Shown here: piece by piece, positions 1-14,400 of the stretch | Numbering within the stretch: the first letter of the stretch is position 1 | Layout of the letters: each line of letters starts with the position of its first letter | NCBI GenBank assembly: GCA_020137815.1 | Contig: CM035354.1 | Location: forward strand, 7,812,001-7,876,000 | Direction: 5' to 3' | DNA: 64,000 nt | Origin: Hormiphora californensis | Lineage: Eukaryota; Animalia; Ctenophora | The notes under the pieces: model-generated | Database searches by the model: none | What the model saw: the letters and a program-made list of their open reading frames with translations, nothing else | What the model was told of the DNA's origin: nothing | Program-made: the position numbers and the translations under genes

Positions 1-890
1 ATCGTGACGGCGGGTAAACCCAATGACAACATCTGGGTGTTCCTTTCTAACTGTGTACAAGACGTCAGGGAAGAAGGAGATAACAGCAAAGTTTCTATAC
101 TCCGGGAACCGGTCCATCAGAGATTTTAGAGCAGCAGAGAACTACGGGGGGAGAAAGGGGGTTAGAGAAATCTCGGGGGGTTGGGGTATTCTACTTGTTT
201 AGCGAAGCGGCCTCCTTTCACGTCAAGCAGTAGGGCAACATCGTGATCAATAGCAAACTGGACAGTCTCATCGAGTGTAGGAACACCACAGTGACCCCTG
301 AAATAGGAAAATTATTATACGTCTACTTTCAAACCAAGGCATGGGAGTGGTTAAAACATTGGAGCGATGTTATCAAAATCATCATAATATTGTTCCACTT
401 ACGCTTCCGGGAAGTTCTTGTTTGCATTTAGTTGTTGGATCTCAGCCAGGGATTTATCAGCTGCATACCCGGTACCATTAGTTGTCCTATCTAACGTCTC
501 GTCATGAAGGACTACATGGGGAGAGACATTGAGAGGGAAATGTAATGTGTTTCTCATTTGATTTTGAATGAAAAAACTCATAAACAAATAGTTTGGCTGT
601 GGGTTTGTTTCTGATTATGTCACATCCCTACCTATTGGTACATTGTCTGCAGTCAGTTGAATATCTATCTCTATCACCTTCACTCCCCTCTCCACTGCCT
701 TCCTAAAGGTCCACATAGTATTCTCTGGACCATCTAGTGAACCTCCCCTGTGGGCTATCTCTCGGGCAAACAGCCGCTCCAGTAGTGCGGGAAGGTTGGA
801 GGGTCTCGGGGTGGAGTTGAGACGGAGTGAGATACCGGTAAAGAGTGCCACGAATATGGCAGTGAAGGCATTGAGAAGGAGGGAAAACAT
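1..890 (-). CDS. GDE1: Glycerophosphodiester phosphodiesterase, GDE1-like (5' part; continues past the left edge)
   Basis: Manual splice: exons ~890-632, 511-403, 297-194, ~141-1 with GT/AG ends. They give an N-terminal hydrophobic segment, IAHRGG..PENT, EIDIQLTAD.VPIVLHD.TLDRTTNG, VPTLDE, LLLDVK and SFFPDVLY, which are GDPD-family motifs. Confidence 0.88.
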
Positions 891-1311
891 GCTGTTCCCT
901 ACTGCTGCAGTGAGATGGTGAGTTGTTTGTAACCAGGGTAGTAACGAAATAACCTCTTCAGAGAGTTTGGAAGGAGTAACTTGGAAAACCAGGGTAGTGG
1001 GGAGGAAAATTGAAACATCTTGTTTTCTATAACAATGTCAATAAATACTACAAACATTACACATCAAAGTATTTTGTATACTGTGATCATCTAGAACTGT
1101 CGATAACAGAGACATATATGTAGCAACACCCAAAAATATCAAAACTTAGGAAAGAAAATAGAGAGATCATGGTTAAAAATCGAAAACAAATATAGACACA
1201 AAATGATCTGTTACACTTGAGTCTCTAAAACACACAGATAACTCAGTTCCACTTTCCCAAATAATACCAACCTAATATCACCAACTAGGCTCCCGAAAAA
1301 CTGTGCCTCAG

Positions 1312-1365
1312 TCCCAATTATTCCCAATTATTCCCAATTATTCCCAATTATTCCCAATTATTCCC
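1312..1365. repeat. 10-bp tandem repeat (TTCCCAATTA) about 5 copies, overlapping the PhoD stop codon
   Basis: Directly visible. Confidence 0.9.
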
Positions 1366-3936
1366 GGTGTTGTTTGTCGAATCGGCGGTAGACCAGGATC
1401 CGAGCATACACGGCAATGATACAATATGTCAGGAGGTAGAATAGTAGGAGGAGGACGAGGGATACTAGAGACACCGCACACAACTGCCAAACTAGCTGAT
1501 GTTCTACCTGAAAGAGAGAGGGGGTATTGTAGCTTTTCAGAGGTATGGGTCCTCCCCCGGCCTCAGACATAATAAACCACCATGTATAGGGTGATGTTAT
1601 ATGGGGGGAATGTAATTGGAGGGGGTTGGGGTGGTTTTAGAAGGTCCAATATTATCACCCATTATGTGTTGAACAATGGACACACACAGTACACGTGCAT
1701 TATTCAGCAGCACTTACTAAGTGGCCCTAGAGAGAGCTGGGGACTACTATCATGGTAAACACTAGTGTATTGTTGAGAGAGTCATGATAATACTTGTCTC
1801 ATATAAGACCGTCCTCTTCGCACCGGGCCGAAGTACAGTCAGTGTCTGACAAAATAATACCTGATGTGAAGGGGGACAGTGTTCCCGGTCTACCCCCGAC
1901 AGGTCCACCACATAGTGCATCTCAACACCAGTCCGACCCCTCACCTCTAGAACCACACGTGGTGATTCCTTATCCCACATTAGTGTCAGTGCTCCTGGAA
2001 AGGGAAAGAGATTAGAGGTGATGTAGAGATGAGAGGTGACAGGTGTGGGAGTGAGAATTCAGGAACTATATGCAAATTGAATAGAAACACGAACTTTTGT
2101 TTAGTTCGATTTGTTTAAGACAAAAAGCTCTAGAGTCTAGCTCCTCTAAATAAGATCTTACAGTATCTCTCTTGTACAAGCAGGCTACTAAATCTCACCA
2201 TAATTTAGATCAATGTAGGGCTCGGTGATACATCCTGGACACTCTGACACGTACTTTATGTAATATCGACACAGTACATCTGGTATCCAGTCCAGACAAT
2301 TGTGTGTCATACCACTACTTTGAACCTGAATATAACACAGATAATACAGAGCAGAGGATGAAATAGGATCGTTAAATTTGTCCTAACCTGTCTCCCCTAA
2401 TATATCACATCTAGATCTTATATTTGAAAGACCGCCAAGTGATGCACAAGGGTGTAATCCTGGTCCCCCAACAAACCTCAAAAAGGGGACCTTTAGTAGT
2501 GTTACTACACTGCATCTCTGCAAAGTGTGAATCCCCTGATAAGACGATGGTATTGGGTCGCCTAGACAACAAACTAAGCAATCTCTCCCTCTCCATGGGG
2601 TAAGGAGCCATTTGTCCAGATAGGACCTGTCTGTCAATAAGGGTAACCCTGGAGGAATGTTGATCATGTTGTACAAGTGAGGAATGCTATGTGATCTGTA
2701 TCTCAACATGATGACGTCATTTTGATTTAATTTGATAAGATGACGTCATATTACCTGTTCCTAATATAGTCAGATTGCTTGGATCACTCTTTAGTTCCTT
2801 GTCTAACCAGGCCCACTGCTCTGTACCAAGGACCGACTGGTTGCTCCTATCCAACTGAGACCGGGGATCCAGAAGAATCAACTTGATGGTGTGGGACCCA
2901 GTACCAAACAGATAGGACCCATAGAGGCCCTTACGAGAGCGCCGCGGGGAGTTATCTGGCTCATTTAGGAAATCCAGAAACATGTCCTGCGATAACAGGG
3001 GAATGTTATTGTGATTTTTAAAACTTCCTCGGCAATGTAAGTTGCTCAATTGAAAAAAGCAGAAAGTGACTGGACGCATAGGGGAACTGGAGTGAAAATG
3101 GAGCAAACCTGGACAGCGGAAGCGTATATCGGATCACTTGCTCCCCCATCATTGACCCCATAATCATGGTCATCCCATACACCCAGGATTTTAGTTCTCC
3201 TACTCTGGAAGCCCTCGTATCCTGGACTGTGCTTCATTTTGTGAAGTTGTTCCGCGTACCGAGCTATACTGGGCCGCTTCTGAAAATGAAACATCATGTT
3301 GAGAATTAGAGAGAGAAAGAAGGAGGTGTAATTATCCGACCAGAAAATGTTTCTAGGTGCCATCTGATGCAATCACAGTTCAATGAGATTTACTGTTGAA
3401 GGGAGCTTTCATCTCATTTTCTCTAATATTCCTACCATCAACCGCTGAAAATAGATACACTCTTCTACCAACCACGTACAATGTGTATCTAATCAGAGTG
3501 AAAGAAAACAAGACGAAGAACGAAGCTACATTTTAATCAGATTCATGCCCCACACCGTATTCAGGGTGAGGCATGAAATCTGGTTTATTACCCAGGAGAA
3601 AGGTCGGATCCGGGTGTCGGTGTAGACTGCATCTCCTAACCAGATGAAATAGTCTGGATCCCAGCGGGCTATCTCTCCCCAGAGTGGCTGTTCTCTGTCC
3701 TAGGAGATATTAGGATCAATTAAATCATGGCATCTGGATGCGAAGAAAAGTCTACGACAAGGCAATACCACAAAGGGCTTTTAACTGATACAAATCAAAC
3801 AAACAAAGAATGCACTCGATACCTGGTGAGAACAACTCGCAAATGCAATCCTTGTAATCCTAGTTGGATCATGGAAGTCTGCAGCTCCACCGGTCTGAAC
3901 TAGGAGGAGGAGGAGGAAAGGAAGGAGGGGAGCCAT
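1358..3936 (-). CDS. PhoD-family (alkaline phosphatase D-like) metallophosphatase with signal peptide and C-terminal TM helix; 8 exons
   Basis: Exons 3936-3823, 3699-3592, 3279-3109, 2986-2755, 2648-2477, 2325-2199, 1994-1861, 1507-1358, phases consistent except one missing base in exon 5 near 2608. Motifs RIAFASC, WLGDAVYTD, WDDHDYG.NDG, LLDPR, LGTEQWAWL, LSGDSH. Confidence 0.88.
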
Positions 3937-3974
3937 GTAGCATTTCTACCTGGCTAAAGTTACAATGAGGCAGG

Positions 3975-3977
<3 letters not shown>

Positions 3978-4006
<29 letters not shown>
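3978..4006. repeat. (GA)n microsatellite, i.e. a (CT)n tract just upstream of the PhoD ATG on the minus strand
   Basis: Directly visible. Confidence 0.9.
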
Positions 4007-4009
<3 letters not shown>

Positions 4010-4227
4010 GTTGAAGAGTTAGTTACGAGACACACGCGTGAGTAAAGGGGGGGGGGGGGGGGGAGGGGAAATATCGTCACAAAGGGAGTATTTTTGAGGG
4101 GCATGATAAAACATTCACTGCCTAGTGACAACAGATATCATATTCACAAAAGCGAAAGATAAAACTGGATAAAAACAGAGATAATAAATTACGTCTTCGC
4201 CTGGGACCCGGGTAGTTAAAATAAAAT

Positions 4228-6465
<2,238 letters not shown>

Positions 6466-9400
6466 TTTGGAGGTTGGTTCAAAGGGATCCAAAAAAAGTT
6501 CAGTATTTACACAGCTTTTTTCCCACAGTCTTTACACATCAAAAAAAAAAATATAAAATGAAGAAAAACCCACTAGAATAAAAAAAACTCCCCAAATTTG
6601 TAGTCCCCCAAACCCGGGTTTTATTCAAATAAAATATAACGTACCACCAAACGACTTATCCCCCGGTATTTTAAAAGTGCATACTGGCAAAGTCTGTCTC
6701 TCGGTTTGGTCTGTTGAAAACCATCCGGCAGAAGAAAACCCGCAACTGCAAAAGCGAAATTTAAAAACCAATTTCACTACCTTTGGACGGGCCCCCCCCA
6801 CAGCTAGTTGGAAAAAACAGAAAAAACCACCCGCCACCGGGTCGACCGACATAGCTGCTATGACGACTCGATGGCCGACCCCCCAAATACTTACCCCGAT
6901 CAGGGGTTTTTTCACGCCGGGAAAAAAAGGAGGTGGTAGTCCCAAAAAGGGTGCCTCATGTGGTGAAGATAAAAGGGGCACTATCGTTCGGCGATTTAAC
7001 CTTTTTGGGGGAAACCCCCGTACGAAAAGATTTGAAACCGTAGTACTAGTGCGCCCGTTTGTTGGGGTGCCCCTTCATGTCTTTATCAAAACCCAGTTCT
7101 GGCGTCGACTCGTGTTTAAAAAGGGGGGCAAACTAGGGGGGGTACGGGGAAAACCCCGGCGAACCTTGGGGGGGCCTGACCGGGAGATCGACCCACGGCG
7201 CAAATGGGGCACCCAATGTGTTTTGGTGGCCCGGAGGAGGGAAACTGTGAAATCTGGGGAAACGTGCCCCCCAACGACGAAAAGTGGGGGGAAAATAGGG
7301 GGGTACACGACACACCCCACACGTCTTTACAAAGTGGGTTATACCCCATTTTTTTCAACTGTTAACCCCCCAAAGTCGTCGGGGGAATTTTTTTTGCGCG
7401 TTTATCACATTTTAAAGTGTAGCGTCCCGCATCTTTAAATTAAAATACGATGCCCCAAAAAACGGGGGGGGGTTGGAGGGGTAAACCAGTTGAATAAAAA
7501 GGACTTACCCCCCAGAGCGGCGCGGCGCGTTTTGCGGTTTTTTCTAAAAACAGTAGGGGATTGTGGGGTCCCCAATTGAGAAAAATTGGCACTGCGGCGA
7601 AAAAAGTTTCCGAAAACGCTGCAAATCGAGTGCGAAAAAAGCCAGTCTTTAAAGTCGAATTTTTTATTTAAGGACAGGCCCCCGCGCTTTAAAAATGCAG
7701 CGTTTGGAAATCGATTTGGGTTTCCCTATAAGCTGCGACTTTTTTGGGGCCCCTTGGGAAAGAAAAAATTTTATTTTCCCAACGCAACCAGGATAAAGCT
7801 TTATTTTATCGGGAAACGGAGAAAATGACCAAAAACCCAAATTTTACAGGACGTGTTCAGCTTTTACTTTTGACCGGGGGTTTCTCGAGCTTAAAGGAGG
7901 TTTTTAAAAAAAAAAGCGGTTGCCCGGGGGGGAGGGTCCGGGGGGCCCGACTTTTTTTGGTCTATGCCCTTGCCCTTTGAATCATCCCTGATTTTTTTTC
8001 GGTGTTTTGACTTTTGCCGTTTGATACAAAGATCATTAAAAGTTATCAGAGGTCCAGACATGAAAAAATTTTACGGAGGATCGGTGTAACGTGGTGGATT
8101 GGTCGTTTTTTTAAACAACAGGGGCCCCACTCCCCCGACGTAATTTTGAGCTGGTGCGTTATTCACCACGCCCCCAAAAAACTTAATCGGGACTTCCTTT
8201 TACAGCGGGCATCTTTTATGAGCCCCCTGTGGAGTATGTTTGAATCTTCCCGGTTTTTAAAGGATCTTGGGTGTTCCCGTCAGAGGGGGGGTCGGGGAAA
8301 GGGCCACAGCCCGAAAAGGTATCTCCCCTGGGGTAAAGGGGTTGCAAACTGGACTGGGGGGGTTAAAAAGGATCAGTTAGGTAATTGGACCCCTTTAAAA
8401 ACACTTGTTCCCCCAAACCTTGGAAATTGTTCGCATTTGGAACCGTCAGGGTTTGGGGGAAATTCCCCAAAACGGGGGGCAGGGCAGCAAAATTTCCCCC
8501 GGCGTACCTGGGGTAAAAATTTGGGTTATGGGAGGGACTTCTTTCCTTGATTACACCCCTTGCAGAGGCGCAGGGAGCGCTTTGTCCTTATAAACCTTTT
8601 CAAAATCTTTTAAAGGGGACAAACCCCCCAAAAGGGGGGAACCCGGTTTTTTTTTCAAGGCCCACCCCTCTTAAAGGGGCCCCGGGGGCCCCGGATCCCA
8701 AAATTAAATTTATGGGGCAAAAAGGGTCGGGTCCCTATTTTTGGGAAAACTTTTTTTTCGGTTTTTTTGGGGGCCCAAAACTTTGGAACACTCTTCCAAA
8801 AATTTTTTTGGTCAAGGGAACCCGGGAATATCGATAAAACTAAAGGGGGTTGTATGGGGGGGGGTACCTCAGGGGTTTGTTTGATAGTCAAATAGCCCCA
8901 AAAAACCAGGGGGGTACTGGGTGTTAAGGGAAACCCGGGTTGGACTTCCCCGACCCGGGGGCAGGGAAACCTATTTAAAAAAGCCAAATTTGAGTTCAGA
9001 GGGGTGAAGCGTTTTTATAATGGGGGATGTCTCGACAGGATGGGAAAAACTTTTTTGAAGATTTGAAAAATTTGAGTGGCGGGGGCCCCTGTCGTTTTAA
9101 ATAAAAAAATTGGGAATTTTACACCCGGGGAGCGGCGCGGGGCGCTCGGGGTTTGAAACCGATGTGTAAAGACTGTGTAAACGCTGTTTTTAAATACTGA
9201 ACTTTTTTAGGGATCCCTTAAAAAATGCAAAAAAATGATTTGGGACTTTTTTTATTAAATAATTTTAAGGGATTTGGCCGCGGCCGTCAAAAAAAAAAAA
9301 AACAAATTTATTTTTAACGGGGTACATTTTTGGGGTTTTTTTAAAAACCCCCTAAAGTCCTTTTTAAAGCGACTTAAACCCTTTAATTTTATTTTAATTC

Positions 9401-9569
9401 TTGGTTTTTGGGGCGCATTCCCCGCGTTTTAAATTTTTTTTACAAAGGGGAAACCCCGGAATTTCCGGGAAAATCTCAGGTCAAGTCGTTTGGGGAAAAC
9501 GCATTTTCCCAAAAGCCCTCCCAAAAACCGGGCCGCGCGTTTTAGATTTTTTGTCGCGCTGTCGGTGGG

Positions 9570-9830
9570 CGCGTTTTTTAAAAGTCGGTTTTTAAAAAGG
9601 GGTCCCCCCTGGGTTTTAAAAAATTTTTTTTTTAAATAAACCTTTAAATTTCCGGTTCCGATAAAGATAGAGACTTAAATTTTGGGAATTTTACGAAGAT
9701 TTTGTAATTTCTTCCAAACCTCCAAATTTAAGTCTCTATTTTATGGGGGCCCCCCGGGATTGAAAAATTTTTGTTTTTTCGGGGGGGGGTGACATTTTAA
9801 AAAAAAACCGATTTTTATAATTTGGGTCCC
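9570..9830. repeat. Inverted repeat / fold-back element centred near 9700; true extent unclear because of noise
   Basis: ATAGAGACTTAAATTT (9667-9682) is the exact reverse complement of 9724-9739. Flanks AAGTCGGTTTTTAAAA and TTTTAAAAAAAAACCGATTTT also pair approximately. Confidence 0.5.
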
Positions 9831-10833
9831 TTTGCAGCCTTTTTAAAGGTGCCCCGCAAAAAAAAGGGAGTTTTACTTGGGACCGATTTTTTTAAAACCC
9901 GGCTAGGGCCCAAATGGAACCCCCATGGCCGTTTTGAGTAAAAAAAACGGTATCATTGAGAATCGAAGCCCAAAACCGAAACCCCCAAAAAAAACCCCAA
10001 ACCAGCCCCCCAAAACGGTTTAACCCCCAAACCCCCGGGCGCGCGTGCCAAAACTACAAATTTGTTAGCAAAAAAAAGGCACCCGTTTTTAACCCGTTTT
10101 CCTGCGCCGGGGGAAAGGAAAAAATTTTTTTTAAAAAATTTGGGGGGGGGGGCCTTTTGTTTTTTCGGAAATTGGGTTTTTTCAAACTTTTCAACATATT
10201 TAAAAAAAATTAAATTTAAAGGCGCGCGCCCGGGGCTTTTTCCGAATACCCCTTGGTAGGTCTAGCCTTTCCCAAAGATATGCCCAAAATTGGGTTTACC
10301 CCAAAATGATAAAAAAAGGGTTGGGAAATCCCCCTTGCCGTTGGAAATTTTTTGAAAAAAGCAGCAGATCCTCTCCCCCAAAAAGGTCCTGCCCCTTTCC
10401 CGCCATGGTGGATTACCCCAAAAGAATTAGACATCACCCCCCATTTTTTAAAATTTTGTGCCCACTGGAAGCCGCTGCTTTCCTTTTTCGGTGCACCCCC
10501 GGCTAACAGGCAGACAAAACAAACAGAAACCAGAACCGCACTCCACAGCTACACAAACTTTCAGCGGGAAAAGGGCTTTTTCCTTGTGATTGGTGAGGGC
10601 TTGGCAAAGGGGGTTGCATTTTTAAAACAGGCAAATTTCCCCTCGTGTCCGTGTTTTCTTTCCCAAAAGCGGGGGGTTAATGATTGCGAGGTTGGTGGCC
10701 CCCTTGGGTCATTGACGGGGTGGGGTTTTTGGTTTGGGTCTCCCGGGTGCAAGGCAAAAAAAAAAAAATTAAAACCCCTTCATGTGCAACCAAAGTGTTT
10801 GAAGATCCAGAGTCATTTTTATCTGATGAGGTT

Positions 10834-11418
10834 TGTCGAAAAATTGGTTTTTGGGACTTTGACTTTCATTTCAATCCCCATGCTGGGGCCCGGGGGGAAA
10901 AGAAAAGAGGTTTACAATAAGTTTTTAGTACTGCAGTAAACTCTATCTCTCTCTCCTTCTCCCCCTTCCCCCTTTTTTGTCTGTTTCCCTTTTCCCCTTT
11001 AATTCTAGATCCTTCTCCCCCAGGGAGGGGAGGGAGAGAGGAGGGGAGGGAGAGGGGAGAGAGGATGTGCGGCGCGGCTCTTTTTTAATTAAGTCCCGAA
11101 GGGGGTAAAGGTTTGTCTGTTTCCCCACGTGCCCAAACCCCTTTGTGACCCGTTTTGGGACAAAGGAGACCCTACCCAAGGGGTCAGAAAAAGAGGAACG
11201 TGATATACCCCCTTGAGGCCAGACGAGAGGACCCCTCCTTCCGAATGGCAAAAAACCGTTGACGTTTGTTTCTCGGGTTTTTTTTGGGGCCCGGGAAAAC
11301 TGTGCGTTTTTTGGGGGCCCTCTGAAGAGATTTTGGGAAATTTTTGTTATTTACTTCTTTTAATTTGGCATTCGAAAAAACCCCTGTTTTTCCTTTTTAA
11401 ATTTTGTGTTTTTCAACA
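10834..11418 (+). repeat. 5' LTR of the Gypsy element
   Basis: Colinear by eye with 17331-17900, e.g. ..TAGTACTGCAGTAAACTCTATCTCT.. vs ..TGTACTGATGCTAACTCTATCTCT.., and CGAATGG and ATTCGA anchors. Confidence 0.7.
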
Positions 11419-14400
11419 TTGGGCCCCCCGTTTTTTGCCTATTTTTTTAAAGGGGTTTAGAAATTTATTTTTGGGTTTGTTTGACGCGTCAAGGTAGGGC
11501 CCCAGGGCCCCAGCCCCCGTGATTTTCTCCCCAACAGGTAGCCCACGTTGGCGGGAAAAGGGGAGTAAAAATTTTTTTTCCCCGACTCGTTTGCATGTTT
11601 GCTGGGCCTGGAGGAGAAAAAGTTACTGCTGGGGAAACCAGCCTCCCCTTAGTTGTTGATTTGGGACAATACTGTTTGGGGGGGCATTTTCACCCCTTTT
11701 TATTCCTTTTTTAAACCCGGGGATAAATTCAACCCCCGTCAAAAACCCAGGTGAAATTTTGGTTCCCTGTTCATTTTGGGGGTTTTATTTCAACCCCCCC
11801 CCCAGGGAAAAGTGGCTAGAAATAAATGAATAGTCACATTCCTAGGGAAAAACTAGTGACTTTCCTTGAAAAACTATAACAGTCCTTTCCCAAAGCCCCC
11901 TTCCCGGGCCCGGGAACCCTTCCCCTTTAAATAGCAAGGGTTCCCAAATTTTGCTCGCCCAATTCCCCCTGGGCCCGACCAGGTTCCCTCAGACACCAAG
12001 AGAGGGGCCGGTTTTTCCCGGAGCGAGAGGGGGTATTAAGCCAGTTCTCCTTACAAGCGGGGACGATTGCGGGGATTTTGAAAAACGATTGGAACGTCCT
12101 TGAGCCGAAAAAAGATTTTCCCCAAAATTAAACAAATTTTGGGGGAAAAATCTGCTTTGAGAACTTTAAATTGTGTTTCATTTATACCCCCAAAATTGAG
12201 CAGATTGAATTCCTGACCTCGTGTACTAGTGCTGCTCAACTAGTCAAGATGGTCAGGAATCATATATTCTCGCCTGAAGATAGATTATTAGCCAGGCGAG
12301 AACTCATGAATCCCCAAGCAAGGGCGAACAAAGGGGGGAATTGGTGATTTTGACATAAAATTTTAAAAAGAAGACCCAAGGTAGTATTCAGTGGTGATCT
12401 TTCCTCCCGGAACCCGTCTTTTAAGGGAACAGAGGCTTTTTTCCCGGGGACTGGAGTTTACGAGCCCTGCTGTATTTTTGTTAATGAGCGGTTTTAAAAG
12501 GGATACAAACCTTTTAGCCCGGGTTTAGCTGAGAAAATCAAGGGGAGAGTAGCCAAATTAGCTAACCGAGACCTGGCTACAGAAAGTTACTCTCCCCAAC
12601 CCATTTTTCAAGTTTCTTCTAGTCGAGCAAATCATGCTGATTGGGAAAAAAAACAGTTTTTGGCAGATTTTCCCGGGGAGACAAAATGCTTTTTCAGTGC
12701 CCTCTCCGTCAGAACTCTCGAGTTGGAACACACGAAAGACAGAACCAATCTGTCTCTCGTGCCCCACCCAGGAGGAAACAAAAACTCCAGCACATTACAG
12801 TTTTTTGGTTTTGGGGGCCATTTTGGGACAGTCAGAAGACTTTGCCCCAAAACAGGGGGCCAGGTGCTTTAAACTCTCAAGTGGCCCAGGCAGCGGCCAG
12901 CCAGGGTCACAACACCCCGCTAAATTTACTCCCCCCCCGGCCGAAAGCAAAATTTAACCGACTTTACTGTTTGCGTTACCCCCAGAAAAGAGGAGAGAAA
13001 CCCCTGTAGCCCGTGAAATTTTTAAAAAAGCCCGGAAACCCTGCTTCAGTTCCGCCAGGCGGCCCAGGGGGAAGCAAGTGATGGTCCAGACACTAGTTGC
13101 GGGGTGAAGGGAAATTTTCTCTTATTAGAAAAAGGGTCTGCGTTAGTTGGAAAATAGTACATTGATTCCACATGGGTTACAACCCACTAAAAAACCCCAA
13201 ACTCAGATAGTGCGTTTACAGGTGATCCTATAAACACAAGCGGGATCATCTCACTAGACGTCGTTGTAGCGAATAGGAAGGTTAGTCAAGATTTTCATGT
13301 GATAATAAACCATACCATGGAGACCCTATTTCCTGGGTCATATTTTTTAGAGGGATGGCCCCTCTTTTATTTCCAGAAACCGGGCCCAATTTGGGCCCTT
13401 TCCCGGGTTTGCCAGGATGGGAAAACTTCCTTGTCAAAGCCAGGGGGGAGGCACCCCCCGGGCCCCTTTAAAATTTAAAAGGGGAAAAACCCAATAAACC
13501 CCCAAATAATTTGCTTTCTTGGAGGGTATTCTCAAGTTAAAAAGGGTTGGGGAGTTAATGCATTATTGGAGCCCGTATCATCGTTTGGTTTCCAAATTTG
13601 GAGTATTAGTGGGAATGCTTTTATTACCAAAAAAGTGGGAAAGGCCCAAAAGAGTGGGAATACGTGTGAACACCGTTACTTGGGAAAGGGGAAGTGTGGG
13701 AGGTAAAATTTGGGCCCCTTCCCGGGGCAATTTTAAAATTTACCAAACGTTTTTATGGGTTCTGAGGATGACCCTGCTCCACCTCCTCCGAATCGTTCTG
13801 AGAATCAACCCCTCAGCATGACTCGGGAGAGATGGACCAAGGGAAAAAAACTCTTTAATAGGGGTAAAAAAAGAGAAAATTTCGAACAAAGGGCTCCCGA
13901 AGAGGGGAATAGGTTACGGAATTCTATTTGGAAATACGGAAAAAACGTTCAGTAGTGATTTTTTCTTGGGGGGTTTCTAAAAATGTTCCCGGCGGATATT
14001 AAGGGGTAAGAGGGTGGTGTAATCCAAAGGGGGAGTCCCCCCTCCCTACACCCTATAAACTGCAAAGTGAGATGGATAGGAACATCCAGGAAATGATTAG
14101 GCAGGGGGTTATTGGGGAAATCGACCCCCATAGGATTTGGGAAATTTTCCCTATTTTTGTGAAGAAAAAACACCCCCGGGGCAGTAACCCCTTAGTAGTG
14201 ATTTGGGGGGTGAATAAGGGGTTTTAAAGGGGCTTTACCCCTTCCCCAAATTTAAACCCCGGGTTTGACCCAAAATTGGTTCAGATAGTATGTTCCTAGT
14301 TTTGTTTTTCTAAAACATTTTGGAGGGGTTTATGGGCTGACTCGGGGTTTAAAATGCCCTTTTTTTAAAAGGGGTAAACAATAAAAGGGTTAGTAGGATG

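Noticed and set aside
2600-2615. PhoD pseudogene (frameshift in exon 5)
   Set aside because: A single missing base at a GG run; all other exons and motifs are intact and the assembly has many indel errors.
8014-8990. Possible transposase remnant (HHA-like motif near 8160)
   Set aside because: Sequence too corrupted to support a call.
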